In this document: piece by piece, positions 40,330 through 52,863 of the stretch | How the letters are laid out: each line of letters begins with the position of its first letter | How positions within the stretch are numbered: position 1 is the first letter of the stretch | NCBI RefSeq assembly: GCF_006345805.1 | Contig: NC_043006.1 | Location: forward strand, 101,308,001 to 101,372,000 | DNA from: Octopus sinensis | Lineage: Eukaryota | Length of the DNA: 64,000 bases | Direction of reading: 5' to 3' | Notes under the pieces: generated by a model | The model's input: only the letters and a program-made list of their open reading frames with translations | Told to the model about the DNA's origin: nothing | Databases searched by the model: none | Position numbers and translations under genes: made by a program

Positions 40330-40371
40330 TGTCGTCTGCTTTGTCGTCTGCTTTGTCGTCTGCTACGACGA
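40330..40371. promoter_or_regulatory. CpG-containing 12-bp direct repeat x3, possible promoter element
   Basis: TGTCGTCTGCTT x3 followed by ACGACG, 43 nt upstream of a candidate ATG and near the edge of the CpG-depleted domain. The function is inference. Confidence 0.3.
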
Positions 40372-40413
40372 ACAGTTCTTTTCTCTCATGAACAACGATG
40401 TCCACGTCACATC

Positions 40414-40508
40414 ATGTCGCTGATATATATTACTGAGATATTTCATGAAGTATATAAATGTCCAGATGTTCTTTATTCGATTCCAATCTTTGTCTTATTA
40501 TTACCCAG
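40414..40508 (+). CDS. Candidate first coding exon of an unidentified gene (MSLIYITEIF..VLLLP)
   Basis: atcATG, open frame, AG|GTCAGT donor, phase 2. No homology recognised. Confidence 0.28.
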
Positions 40509-40607
40509 GTCAGTAGTCTTCACACATTTTGTGGAACTTTTTTATATGATTTTCTCGCAAAATTGCGCAGCCATTTAACGTCAGTAATTTCTACTTGCAA
40601 AGGTATT

Positions 40608-42700
40608 TTACTCTCTTTTACTTGTTTCAGTCATTTGACTGCGGCCGTGCCTTTAGTCGAGCAAATCGACCCCAGGACTTATTCTTTTGTAAGCCTAGTA
40701 CTTATTCTATTGGTCTCTTTTGCCGAACCGCTAAGTGACGGGGACGTAAACACAATGCCAGGGGGACAAACACACACACACACCACACACACACACATAT
40801 ATATATACATATATACGACAGGCTTCTTTCAGTTTCCGTCTACCATATTCACTCACAAGGCATTGGTCGGCCCGGGGCTATAGCAGAAGGCACTTGCCCA
40901 AGATGCCACGCAGTGGGACTGAACCCGCAACCATGTGGTTGGTTAGCAAGCTACTTACCACACAGCAACTCCTGCGCCTATTCTCAAAAAAGTTTCTTTT
41001 TAAATCTTAAGATCTTTTTAAAATACTCCCAAACTCTGTTTTAAACTTAAAAGTTGAAACAAAAGTATTGTAGGGAAGGGGCACAGTTTGTAATATTTAA
41101 TGCGTTTTTGACTTTGAGGGAAAGAAAATTATTTGTAGCATAACTCATTTCTATTACTCTCTCTTTTACTCTTTTACTTGTTTCAGTCATTTGACTGCGG
41201 CCATGCTGGAGCACCGCCTTTAGTCGAGCAAATCAACCCTGGTACTTATTTTTTGTAAGCCCAGTACTTATTCTATCGGTCTCTTTTGCCGAACCGCTAA
41301 GTGACGGGGACGTAAACACACCAGCATCGGTTGTCAAGCAATGCTAGGGGGACAAACACAGACACACAAACACACATATACATATATATACATATACATA
41401 TATACAACAGGCTTCTTTCAGTTTCCGTCTACCAAATCCACTCACAAGGCATTGGTCGGCCCGGGGCTATAGCAGAAGACACTTGCCCAAGATGCCACGC
41501 AGTGGGACTTAACTCGGAACCATGTGGCTGGTAGCAAGCTACTTACCACACAGCCACTCCTGCGCCTATTCTGACTTTTTATGTTCAACTAACTTTTTAT
41601 ATTCACTATGGGGCTCATTAGTGAATAATTCGTCATTTGACTAATCGTGTGAGTTTGGAACATTTGGTTGAGTCTTTTTTTTTTTTTGATTGGTCAAGTA
41701 TTGCACGGGATATGGATCTTTGATCCATTCACATTGCGCATAATACATCCTGAAACAATTAATCTGAACTATTGCTTTGAATCCCTTTTTGCTTATAACT
41801 AGCATTGTAAAATCATTGTCACCAGAGAGAGGTAAGTGACTTTTCCAGAGCACGTGTCATGATATTTTCCCGTTGATACAATGAAGTACTTGTAACCAAC
41901 AATGGCCAGAGTTGAATTATCCTAATGATAGATGAACTATACATCAACAGAATCTGTGATGTGTGTATTTGGTCCACTGTATAATTTAGCAGAGAAATAG
42001 TGTTGATGCTATTGAAAGTTCATTTCTTGTATTAATCCCATGAGTTAACACGCAGCATATGTTATATAATGGTATGCAACATTCCATAGTAAACCAAGAA
42101 ATACTTCATAACATTGCAGCTAAAACTGGTGACCCTGATGTGATTACCTTCACCATGAATGACCATTGAACCAGCAGCCATAATGCCACTGCATCATATT
42201 AAAAGTGAAGCTCAAATGCGCTTTTCAGCATTAAAAAATCCTGAATGACTATTGTGCTTAATTGTCTCAATTATGGTTACACATCACGTAATAAACCAAG
42301 AGAGACTTCATTTCCACACAGCTCTTTTACTCTTTTACTCTTTTACTTGTTTCAGTCATTTGACTGTGGCCATACTGGAGCACCGCCTTTAATCGAGCAA
42401 ATCGACCCCGGGACTTATTCTTTTGTAAGCCCAGTACTTATTCTATCGGTCTCTTTTGCCGAACTGCTAAGTAACGGGGACATAAACGCACCAGCATCGG
42501 TTGTCAAGCAATGCTAGGGGGACAAACACAGACACACAAACACACACACACATATATATATATACATATATACGACAGGCTTCTTTCAGTTTCCGTCTAC
42601 CAAATCCACTCACAAGGCTTTGGTCGGTCCGAAGCTATAGTAGAAGACACTTGCCCAAGGTGCCACGCAGTGGGACTGAACCCGGAACCATATGGTTGGT
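40608..42700 (-). mobile_element. Three young family A SINE copies (40608-40979, 41163-41567, 42325-42700)
   Basis: Very similar to each other and CpG-retaining. Confidence 0.88.
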
Positions 42701-43396
42701 TACCTTACGAAAACTATATCAGCTAGGTAAATGACTTTTTTAAAAATGCTTTAAAAATACTATAACATATTCAGAATATTATTTCAGAAAATTATCTCTG
42801 TTCTTTTTGAGCTTAAAAAAGGACAAAATGAATAAGACAAAATAAGGAAAATTTCTTTAGAATTACATTTGAAACAAGAAAATTGCAGCAAAGCTGATGG
42901 TGTCAGATGTGGCATGCAGACCATCATAACTTGCTTGACATTACATTTTAATTCTCTTCCATTTTATTTTGGCATGCACATTATGTTTTTATTCTGCTCT
43001 TTGGTTTTACAAATTCAGTGTGTACATGTGCAGTGCACGTTCATTGTTCTTTTTCTGGTTCTTACTCAAAACTGTTTACAGATCACAACCATCTCATGAA
43101 CTACAATTGTGTGGAGCACTTCACACTCCAATGGTTGTGAAAAAAGAGTTTTACAGATCAGTATCTATCCTTCGACATCAGAAAAGCCGCAAAAATTTTA
43201 AATATTGAGGTTAGAGGAAAGAGGGTCGTGGAAAAATATCACATAATTAATCAAACTTGATTAAATTTAAAAACTTAACATGAGTGTATTTTGCACAGGA
43301 AAGCCAAGGTGAGAGATTAACCCATAGCAATAACCACAGTAAAGTTTGTTTGAATTGAACATCCATGTTTAAGTGGGGATAAATATTACCTCTTAG

Positions 43397-43495
43397 TATT
43401 AATGCTGTCTCTGTTGCTAATATATCATTGTCAATAGCTTCTTCACGATCTGCTGCTGTGGCTCTCTTTCTGATTACTCACCATACAATTAAAGA
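43397..43495 (+). CDS. Candidate internal exon (99 nt, phase 2-2)
   Basis: ctcttag| ... AGA|gtaagc; single open frame INAVSVANISLSIASSRSAAVALFLITHHTIK. Confidence 0.33.
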
Positions 43496-44321
43496 GTAAG
43501 CACTGTTGAAAATAGTCGTTACTCATTTTGCCCCACTTTATATATAATTTCTTTTTTTTTTTTTTTTGAAAATTATCAAATTAGAATGTGTCTAATTTGG
43601 AATCCACCTAAGAAAAGAATTTTGATTGTTAAACATCAAAAATTATTTAGATATTTTATTAGCAACCTCAATTAAAGTTGGGTCAAATTCGAGGAAAAAT
43701 GTCTTAGAAATAGAAAGTACTTACTTCCAACTCTTTCAACTGCAACAACAACAACTATGCTGACCAAATTTTATTCCCAAAGATGAGGCAACTGTACAAA
43801 ACGATCATGCAATACTTGCGACATAATGGTTTCAAACTGATAAGAAGAAAATAACAAAAAATCCAGAAATACTTATTTTGCCCCGCTCCCTATGGAAAAC
43901 ATACATATCTTTTAGAAATCACACTTATAAAAAATTATTAATAATAGGGTTCCTAAAATATTGGAAGAAATTGTCTTGTGCACTAAATTTCCTATATTTT
44001 TTAAGCATTGCAGATTATGATTCTGAAGGAAAAATACAAACTTGGGATAGGAGAATTTTTTTTCTTTTTCCCCTTTTCCGTTTTGTAGTTGTGGAAAGCT
44101 TTTTACATTTGTTTTAAATATCTGAGATTATGATTCTTCAAAATATACACAACGTAAAACTTGGGAAGAATAAAATTCATGATAATCGAAACTAAAAAAA
44201 CATTACGGAAAGGTGGTTGGGGAGGTGGCATTCTCTCTAAACATTTTTGTTTTTTTTTGCAGCATCTGTGGTGCTTAAAACATATACAACCAGAAAAGTT
44301 TATACTATTCTATATTTTTTG

Positions 44322-44530
44322 AGATGTGGAATTATGTACATTATTTACAATGGACAGATAGGTGTCCTCACCTTGTTTGCTGTTATCACAAAGTTTCGGC
44401 TGATGTACTCTCCAGCCTTCATCAAGTGTTCTGGTGGAATTTCAAAATTCTACCAGAACACCTGATGTAGGCTGGAGAGTACATCAGCTGAAATGTAAAT
44501 AATCTATTTACAAATTGTAAATAATGTACA
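44322..44530. mobile_element. Head-to-head inverted pair of the 30.8-kb HHR element
   Basis: The minus arm matches 30817-30935. Forms a 49-bp stem, 44394-44442 with 44445-44493. Confidence 0.85.
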
Positions 44531-44883
44531 GAAAAGATTACTTTCTTTTGGGGCACTTGGAAATTTCCGATTATTCTTTTTTGAATACCATAAATTACAA
44601 GTATTTTTTTCGAACATCAGAATGGATTTTCTAAAGCCTCAAATTGTTTTTAAAAATTTGTGGTGCATCTGCATTTACCTTGTGATTCACCATTTAAAAA
44701 CTAATGTATTAAATGATGAGATGAATTGAATGCATTAAACAGAGGCTTTTATACATTTAAATAAATTGATAAAATGTTAAAATTTGTTTTTGAAAAAGAC
44801 AAAAGTTCCAATTAACAAATTATACTTGCCTTTACCCTGAAGCATTTTTTGTCAGCAAGATAAAACTTTGAGATGACTGTTAA

Positions 44884-45091
44884 CCCTTTAGCATTCAGAT
44901 CAATCTGTCAAATATAAGGCTTATTTATTCACATTGTTCTGAATTAATCATATATTATCTCATAGCTTTGGGATTTTGATGATATGATTGTTTATTTTTA
45001 AAATGACATTGTAAGGCAGGTGTGAGGTGTTGGATCTCAAGTTTGAACATAAAACAGAAACCCTATTTTGGCCAGTCTAAATGCTAAAGAG
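44884..45091. mobile_element. piggyBac-type MITE (TTAA TSD), opposite orientation to the other three
   Basis: TTAA-CCCTTTAGCATT..AATGCTAAAGAG-TTAA. Confidence 0.8.
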
Positions 45092-45255
45092 TTAAAACTA
45101 AATCAACTGTAATTAGGTAATCATCAAATTGATCAAAGATATTCAAGCCATAACCTTCTCGTCTTCTATTTCGGTCTTTTGGTCACTGTATATTTACAAT
45201 GGCATGGTCCTATTTTAAAGCAGTATGGTGTGAATTGAGGAAGGTTAATAGATAA

Positions 45256-45657
45256 TCTTTATATATAAAAGTGAGGTTGTGTGCTGTCTGTCTCCTACGA
45301 TTTAGATTCCTAACTACTCCCACATTTTGTGGTGCAGTTTAACCAAAACCGGGTATCTTATAGTCGTGATTCATATCGAGCCCTTCTGGGTATTAGCGCG
45401 CATCTACGATGAGTCTACGATTTAAAAAAAATTTACCTTCATTTTAATCCATTTTAATGAATTTTTTTTGCTATTATATAAGGGAAGTAACTCTCTAAAA
45501 ATGTCTACGATGAGTCAACGATTTAAAAAAAAAATTACCATCATTTTTTTTCCCATTTTTAATGCATTTTTTTGCTATTTTTTGGCTATAACTCTCTAAA
45601 AATGCTTATATAGTTATTTCCCTTACAAACCCGAGCAACGCCGGGCGATACTGCTAG
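45256..45657 (+). mobile_element. Non-autonomous Helitron, copy 3
   Basis: A|TC start, CCCG-AGCAACGC-CGGG hairpin at 45630-45645, CTAG|T end. Confidence 0.88.
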
Positions 45658-46725
45658 TCATTTATTAATAAAAAAATGCATCGATATTAATGCATTGCCA
45701 ACATAACTTCCTCTCCTTGAAAACTTCCTGCTTTCACTATACTTTGTGTATACAATAAAATATAAAAGTGTGTGTGATTAAAAAACATACATACATAGAT
45801 GTGCGTACATTGTGTTGGTGTGTATGTGACACATAAAAGCAAATAAAAACGAAATCCAAAATATATGCATGTATCTGTTGTTTCATTTTTCCAGACTTGT
45901 TCACAATTCTCAGAAACAGCTGTTTTTGTAACTTTGCAATTGACCAAGTTTTTTTTGCTTTGTTACATAGACTTATGGCATTGTGGAATAGAAAGAGCTC
46001 TTGTAGTCCTGTACATGATTCAGTGGGAAGAGGAGTTGGCAGGTGTAAAGCAGAACAAAAGTCCACTATTTATAAAACATTATTATAAAGGATATGAAGA
46101 TAGTCGTGTATATAGGTGACTATTTCTACATAGTTATTTCATGTCTATGTGTATTAAAACTAATACAGGCAAAAAATATGTATGTGCATAGAAAAATAAA
46201 ATACCTGCAAATACAATATTGCAATTGCCATCATCGTTTCAACATCCATTTATAAATGCTTCCATGGGTCATACAGAATTCATTGAGGTAGATCTTCTAT
46301 GACTGTATGTCCTCCTTGCTACCTATGTCCACCTGTTTCCAAGCTAGGTAATGTTTTTCCATAGCCAGGCTTGTTTTCACAAATAGTAAGCAAACAATAT
46401 CACTTATATGATGTTGGTGCTCAATTCATTGAGCAGAGAGAAAGACACACACATACACACACACATGCACACATGCAGCTGCAGTCTTCCTTCTACTGAA
46501 CCAACTAAATCAACTCTGGGCTGAAGTAGAAGACGCCTTGCTTGAAGTGCTGCACAGTGGGACTGAACCCAAAACAATAATGTTGGGAAGTAAATTCTTT
46601 ACTGCACTGGCATGCCTGTGCCAGTTTATACAAATGCACACATATATAAACAAACACACATACACACACTAAGGTATGTAAAAACATTCAGGTATTAACT
46701 AAATAACCAATCATATATATATAAA

Positions 46726-46942
46726 GGCGACGAGCTGGCAGAAACGTTAGCACGCCGGGCGAAATGCGTCTGCCGTTACGTTCTGAGTTCAAATTCCGCC
46801 GAGGTCGACTTTGCCTTTCATCCTTTCGGGGTCGATAAATTAAGTACCAGTTACGCACTGGGGTCGACATAATCGACTTAATCCCTTTGTCTGTCCTTGT
46901 TTGTCCCCTCTGTGTTTAGCCCCTTGTGGGTAGTAAAGAAAT
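46726..46942 (+). mobile_element. Young SINE family B copy
   Basis: GGCGACGAGCTGGCAGAAACGTTAG..GAGTTCAAATTCCGCCGAGGTCGACTTTGCCTTTCATCCTTTCGGGGTCGATAAATTAAGTACCAG; CpGs intact. Confidence 0.88.
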
Positions 46943-48475
46943 ATATATATATATGTATTTGCATGTGCGTCTGTTTATACCCCCACCACTGCTTGACAAC
47001 CGGTGTTTGTGTGTTTATGTCACCATAACTTGTGGTTCAGTATAGAGATTGATAGAATATGTACCATGCTTGATAAAAAAAGTACTGGGGCTGATTCATT
47101 CAACTTCAAATTCTTCAAGGTGGGGCCCCAGCATGGTCAGTCTAACGACTGAAAGAATTAAATGATAAGATATAGTGTTCACTCAATTATAAGCAGTGTT
47201 GTGTTCATGTTGTATTCCATTTATGTCCTGTTGCTTTGGTTTCACTGAGTAGGTATTGATAAAATAAATACCGATCTATAGGAAACACGTTAGTAATGAT
47301 ATGGTTGACTAAATCCTTAAATGCAGTGTGCCTTGCAAGCTCACAGACGATGACTGAAATGATATATCATCATCTTTGTCTTAATGTCCACCGTCGTACA
47401 TGCACATGTACATCTATACATCCATGTGCATGCATATACATGCATGCTTACCTGATGGGCTTTGCTGGCTTTGGCTGGTTCAGGGTTGTAGTAAAAGGTA
47501 CTTGTCCAAGTGGTACCAGTGATGTTGCCATGAAACTTGCAAGATATTAAAGTACAAAGGAAATGGAAAAAGTTCCCACTTCTAAGAGAATGTATTTGGA
47601 AGAGGAAAATGGAGAGAGGTTGCTTTATACCAGGCATTGAAAGACTAAAGTATGATTATATGCAAGTATAATATACTAATTTAAATATATCAGTTTGATA
47701 GATGTGGCATCTGTATGTATGCATATTCTAGGGTTCTTGAAATAATAGTCATCTGGGAATGGCTGTGTATCATTAAAAATTTCAAAATGAAAGCATAATA
47801 AACAATAGAAAAGTCTGCTAAATTTAAATGTTTTTCTTGAAAATCACATGATGACACTTCTTACCATTTTACATATTAGTTGATATGATCTCAAATTTTC
47901 TGAATGAATTATTTTTATTTTTTACACTTAAATGGATGTGATGATTTATGCTTCCTATGATTTTCTTATATACTGAATGAATAAAAATCTCTATGACTGT
48001 TAAAAGAATTCTTTGAAAAGAATAATTAGATACTAACACCAGCATGTGATACACATGAAACTAAATGCCCAATATTCTGTGAAGGGAAAGTACAAATAAT
48101 AGCTTTGATTCTATGTGACATACACACACTTTCTCTCTCTCTCTCCCCTCCCCCACACACACATGCAATATATCCCCCTCTCAAAAAAAAATTACCTTAC
48201 ATCTATATCAAGTATTTGTCCTTTACAAATACAGACACATGAAAAAATAATGAAGTGGTAGGTGTGAAAAGAAATGTTGCATGTCGATAAGTTTTTATAA
48301 CATCATAAGATAAATAAAGATGAGAAGTTGCCTTCAGAACTTCACCTCAAATTACCAGTTTGGTATATATTATGAAAACACAGGTGATAACCTGTCAATC
48401 AAATATTTGTACATTCTGTTTGAAAGAAGAATAAACCAGACATGATGTCGAGTGTCATGTCATACATTCTTACAG

Positions 48476-48575
48476 AGAAATGTACTACTGTAATGTAGTC
48501 ATTTCAAGTGACCTTACTGATCCTACTTCATTTAAGCAGAAAGGGATAGATGGAGCTGTTTATATAAGTTATATA
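48476..48575 (+). CDS. Candidate internal exon (100 nt, phase 2-0)
   Basis: cattcttacag| ... ATA|gtatgt; single open frame EMYYCNVVISSDLTDPTSFKQKGIDGAVYISYI. Confidence 0.33.
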
Positions 48576-49068
48576 GTATGTACACCTACTCTGTGCGTAT
48601 TTGTGTGTGGTGTGGCTGGTGTCTGTGATGAATTGGTGTGTCATTGGTGCTGTTGGATAGAAGTGACTCTAAAGTGTGTGTATTCTGATTGACTTGCTTA
48701 TATTATCAATTGATACTGAAATTTGTATCTTTCTACATGGATGGAGAAGAATTTACATATATTTATATCCAGCTTTTTCTAATTTTATTTCTATATTGAC
48801 ATCATCATCATCATAATTTAGCATCTGTTTTCCATGCTGGTATGAGCTGGACAGTTTGACAGGAGCTGTCCAGACTCCAAATTGTCTGCGGTGGCATGGT
48901 GTCTACAGCTAGATGCCTTTCCTAATTTACAGAGTGTGCTGGGTGCTTTTTACATGCCATCAGCACGTCTGTGTGTTTTCATTTTACACAGATTCATGCT
49001 AATATGTGTAATGTATATTTGATATTTTTGTATTTCTGTATTTTTATATATTAGAGTTATCAGCTTAA

Positions 49069-49288
49069 CCCTTTAGCATTCAAACTGGCCGTATCCGGCC
49101 AAAATATTTAACCTGTTTTATATTGAAACTGACCAGATCTCACCTCTCACCTCAGCCCTACCATGTCATTCTAAAACTAAAAAATCACATCACTGAAATC
49201 TCTAAATTACAAGATAATGCAGGATTAATTCAAACCATTTTAAATAAACAAACATCACATTTGACAGAATAATCTGAACACTAAAGGG
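49069..49288. mobile_element. piggyBac-type MITE
   Basis: TTAA-CCCTTTAG..CTAAAGGG-TTAA, 220 bp. Confidence 0.85.
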
Positions 49289-50018
49289 TTAAACATGTGT
49301 GTTTCCCTATTTTTGAAGCCAGTTTACCAGTGTGCAATTCAGTGTCTTGCCATAAGCATCACACTGCATCTTTTAGGCGGTAGACATAATCTGCTGTCTA
49401 CTTTAATAACTCTACCTAACCTTTGGGTGCCTTTAGCATAGTACTCTCTATCGCAAGCATTGCATCAGATCTTTAATTTGAGAACAACTTCCTCCTAGAA
49501 GGTCCTAATGTTGTGTGGCAATCCCTTCTTGCTCTAAATTTTAATTAGACATATGAAGCCTCTAATATTTATAGGTTGCAAGATAGAGTATCATAATTAG
49601 TTATGATTTTTTTCCCCCACAACATTAGTACTGTACATGAGATCTCAAATTTGAACTCCTTTCTAAAATGGACAAAGGAAGTACTCTTCATGTATTTGAT
49701 TTACATCTGCTTTTCTGTGCCTGCATGGTTTGAATGAACACGTATTTGTGAGGCATTTTTTTTTTTATGACTGGATGACTTTCCAGTTACTAACCCTTAC
49801 CTGGTTTCCAAGTACAGGATTTTTATTCCACTTGTTTTTGAAACTGAAAAGCTATCAGGTGATTTGTTGACAGAAAACAAACTTTTCCTTTTGTAACTCA
49901 CTGTCCCAATTTATGAATGTTTACATTCACACACACACATGACTGGCTTTGTGTAGTTTCTACCAAATTCGCTCACAAGACAGTCAGTTCAAGGCTGCTG
50001 TAGAAGACACTTACTTAA

Positions 50019-50237
50019 CCCTTTAGTATTTAAACCGGCCATATCTGGCCAAAATAGTTAATCTGTTTTATGTTCAAACTGACCAGATCCAGGCTCTCAC
50101 ACCTACCCTACAATGTTATTCTACATTAAGTAATTACACCATCAAGATCTTGAAGATATGAGATAATGCATGATTAATTCAAATCAATGGGAATCAATAA
50201 GCATTATGTTTGATAGAATAATCTGAACACTAAAGGG
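50019..50237. mobile_element. piggyBac-type MITE nested in a family A SINE
   Basis: TTAA-CCCTTTAG..CTAAAGGG-TTAA; SINE sequence resumes on both sides. Confidence 0.85.
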
Positions 50238-50704
50238 TTAAGGTGATGTGCAGTAGGACTGGGTCCAAAACCACACAGCCAAGAAGTGAACTTTTTAACT
50301 CTACATCCATGCCTGCATTTGACTCTTCCATTCTTTTATACTATATTCTCTATATTTATCAAATTCAATTTCTTACATTATTGTTGGTTTTTGCTACTTC
50401 TGAATGTTAATTAACTCTTTGCTAAGGTAAGTCATATTTTGTCCCCCTTCCTTCCATCACTGCTATTACTTCTTCAAGCTCTCTCTCTCTCTCTCTCTAC
50501 CTTCTCTCTCCCCCCTCTCTCTCTGACTCCACTTCAACACTGCTTTTGATCAATGTGCATTACATCTGACATTGAACACAAAATAGTCTATTTCTGCCAG
50601 TCAATCAATCAGTCAATCTCTCACCATTCCTATTGTGCAGCCTTTTTGAAATTATCATTGTTGTCACTTTACATCTGTTTTTTTCCATGCTGGCATTGAT
50701 TGGC

Positions 50705-50860
50705 TCGTTTGCTGCTTATCTATCTAGCTCCACAATATTGAATCTCTTCAGTTGTCTTTTGTCAATTATTAATTCTTCTGTCATGTTCAATAACTTCATT
50801 CCATATATATTTCTTAGCCTACCACTAGCTCAACTACTATGCACCATCAGCTTTTAGTCT
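50705..50860 (-). pseudogene. RTE-like LINE C-terminal remnant (another at ~52445-52560)
   Basis: Mixed frames resemble GRP(R/K)KTW.EV..HD of RTE ORF ends. Confidence 0.4.
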
Positions 50861-52158
50861 TATTAACCTTTCCTTTATGACTTTTGTAACTTAGAATTGG
50901 CCCATCTGTTACTGGAACAGTCTGTCTTATTTCTCTCAGGCCATACGTTATCTACATTATCTATATTTTTATCTATATCTATTTCACACACAACAACCAT
51001 TAGCAATCAGTCCTTTTTCTCTTAAGTCTATTTACTTCACTCCACATTTTCCTGGGCCCTTTTTATTGTTGTTGTTTTTTTTTTTGACATACTGAATATA
51101 TGATAGTAACAGCAACAACAACAATAATGGTTTCTGATTTAGGCACAAGGCCAGCCATTTTACTTGGTACCATTGACCCGGTATTTGACTAGTATATTAA
51201 TTTACCTATGTATATAAAAGACAGTTTGTATGTGTGTGTGTGTGTATGTTCCTTATGTATTCAAAAACTGAGTTGCCAATTTTGACGTATGGGGTATCAA
51301 AAGATTCAGTAATCTTTCAGCTACCAAATAAACTTTATTTTCATTTACATATTTTCTACGTTATCTCAACAACCAGCTTTAGTTATTTGAAAGACACTGC
51401 TCTACATGACTAGGTTTCATTGGAAAGTGAAAACAGTTTCATACTTTCAGTTTCAGCCAAAATGACAAAGTATTGCATTACGAGAATGACATTGTGTGAA
51501 TAATAAGAGTAATGTTTCTCCGAATTACACACACACACACACACACACACTCTCTAAGTAAAACTTCTGTACAGATCATGTTATTTCTTGCTGTGTGCAT
51601 ATGCAAAATTATACCTAAAATCCAATTGATTTTTCTTTTCTGTAATTTGTTTGTGATGAGTGTATTAAAAACCCGATGTTCGATATTAACTTAAAAGGAA
51701 GTTTTCCCAGAAATTCTGTCCTTTACTTGCTGTTTCTAGCGTGTCTAAAGCGACATTTGTGCCTTAAATCTATTTTTTTCCTAAATTTCTTCCGATTCCT
51801 ATGTTTCCAATGTGGGAGATTAGGATTTTGCCCCAAAATCACATTCTCAATAGTTTAATTTTCTCCCTTCTTACCCCAATTTCTTCATATTTCCTGGATT
51901 CATATATCTGTATTTTTCTATGTGATTAAAGAAAAAAATGAAATAAAAGCTACAAATTAAGAAATTCTGGTGGGGACAGGGGGAAAAAAAAATTTTGCAA
52001 ACCTGATTTCTGGGCAAAATCGTACCCCCACCCATACGATGAAAGAATATACAGTTTGTGATCCTTCTTAGGAACAGAAAGCACTTTAATGCAAACCCAT
52101 GCAAATTGTGCCCTCCTCTCCTTTACTTTCAAACAAACAATATCTTCCATTATACCAG

Positions 52159-52229
52159 GAATCCAGTTCCCTATATATCAGCTGTGCCGATTCTGCCCAT
52201 AAGAAAGGAACTAATAATACAATGTGGCT
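52159..52229 (+). CDS. Candidate internal exon (71 nt, phase 0-2)
   Basis: cttccattataccag| ... GCT|gtaagt, followed by a 79-nt intron to ttttgcag|. Two plus frames are open, and a 95-aa minus ORF also crosses it. Confidence 0.35.
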
Positions 52230-52308
52230 GTAAGTCATAACAGTCGGGCAGTACTGGAATGCATTACTAGTTGATCCTAAAAAGATGAAAGGAAGTTGAC
52301 TTTTGCAG

Positions 52309-52440
52309 AATTTCATCTGAGAAGGTAGTAAAGAGCTGCAAGAAACATTACAAAAGACATTTTTGTCCCACACATTGATGACTCTGCTAGTCTTACTAAT
52401 AATATTAATTATTTATATCTGTTTTACTATGCTTACATGG
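52309..52440 (+). CDS. Candidate exon ISSEKVVKELQETLQKTFLSHTLMTLLVLLIILIIYICFTMLTW (3' end uncertain)
   Basis: gacttttgcag| acceptor, phase-compatible with the previous exon; no strong donor. Confidence 0.28.
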
Positions 52441-52811
52441 GTCAAACAGGTCTTCTCAAGCACAGTTGTTGCAGTCCTTTGCCATCTCTTTCACATGATT
52501 TAGTTTTCTGTCATCAGTCTTCATCAATTTTTCCCATGCCTTCTTGGTCATCCTCTTCTGCAGTCATCCTCTTCACATGCACATACTTGACATGCTTCTT
52601 CCAGTTTCTCTCTACCAAATCCATTCACAAGGCTTTGGTTAGGCTGAGGCTTTAGTAGAAGACACTTGGATAAGGTGTTGCTAAGCAGGTTGCTTGACAT
52701 GCTAACAATTCTGCCAGCTTGTCACCTTAGTCACATTTTAAATATTAAAACCCAGAATCATGTGATTAAAAGGCAAACTTCTTATTGCACAGCCACGTCT
52801 ATACCTATACA

Positions 52812-52863
<52 letters not shown>

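Noticed and set aside
43080-43308. Extra plus-strand exons, including a 10-nt microexon (43299-43308)
   Set aside because: The splice sites look good, but every in-frame combination with neighbouring exons hits a stop.
43390-43502. Minus-strand exon with an in-frame TGA as a selenocysteine or editing-recoded stop
   Set aside because: No SECIS or editing evidence is visible, and an open plus-strand exon explains the same segment.
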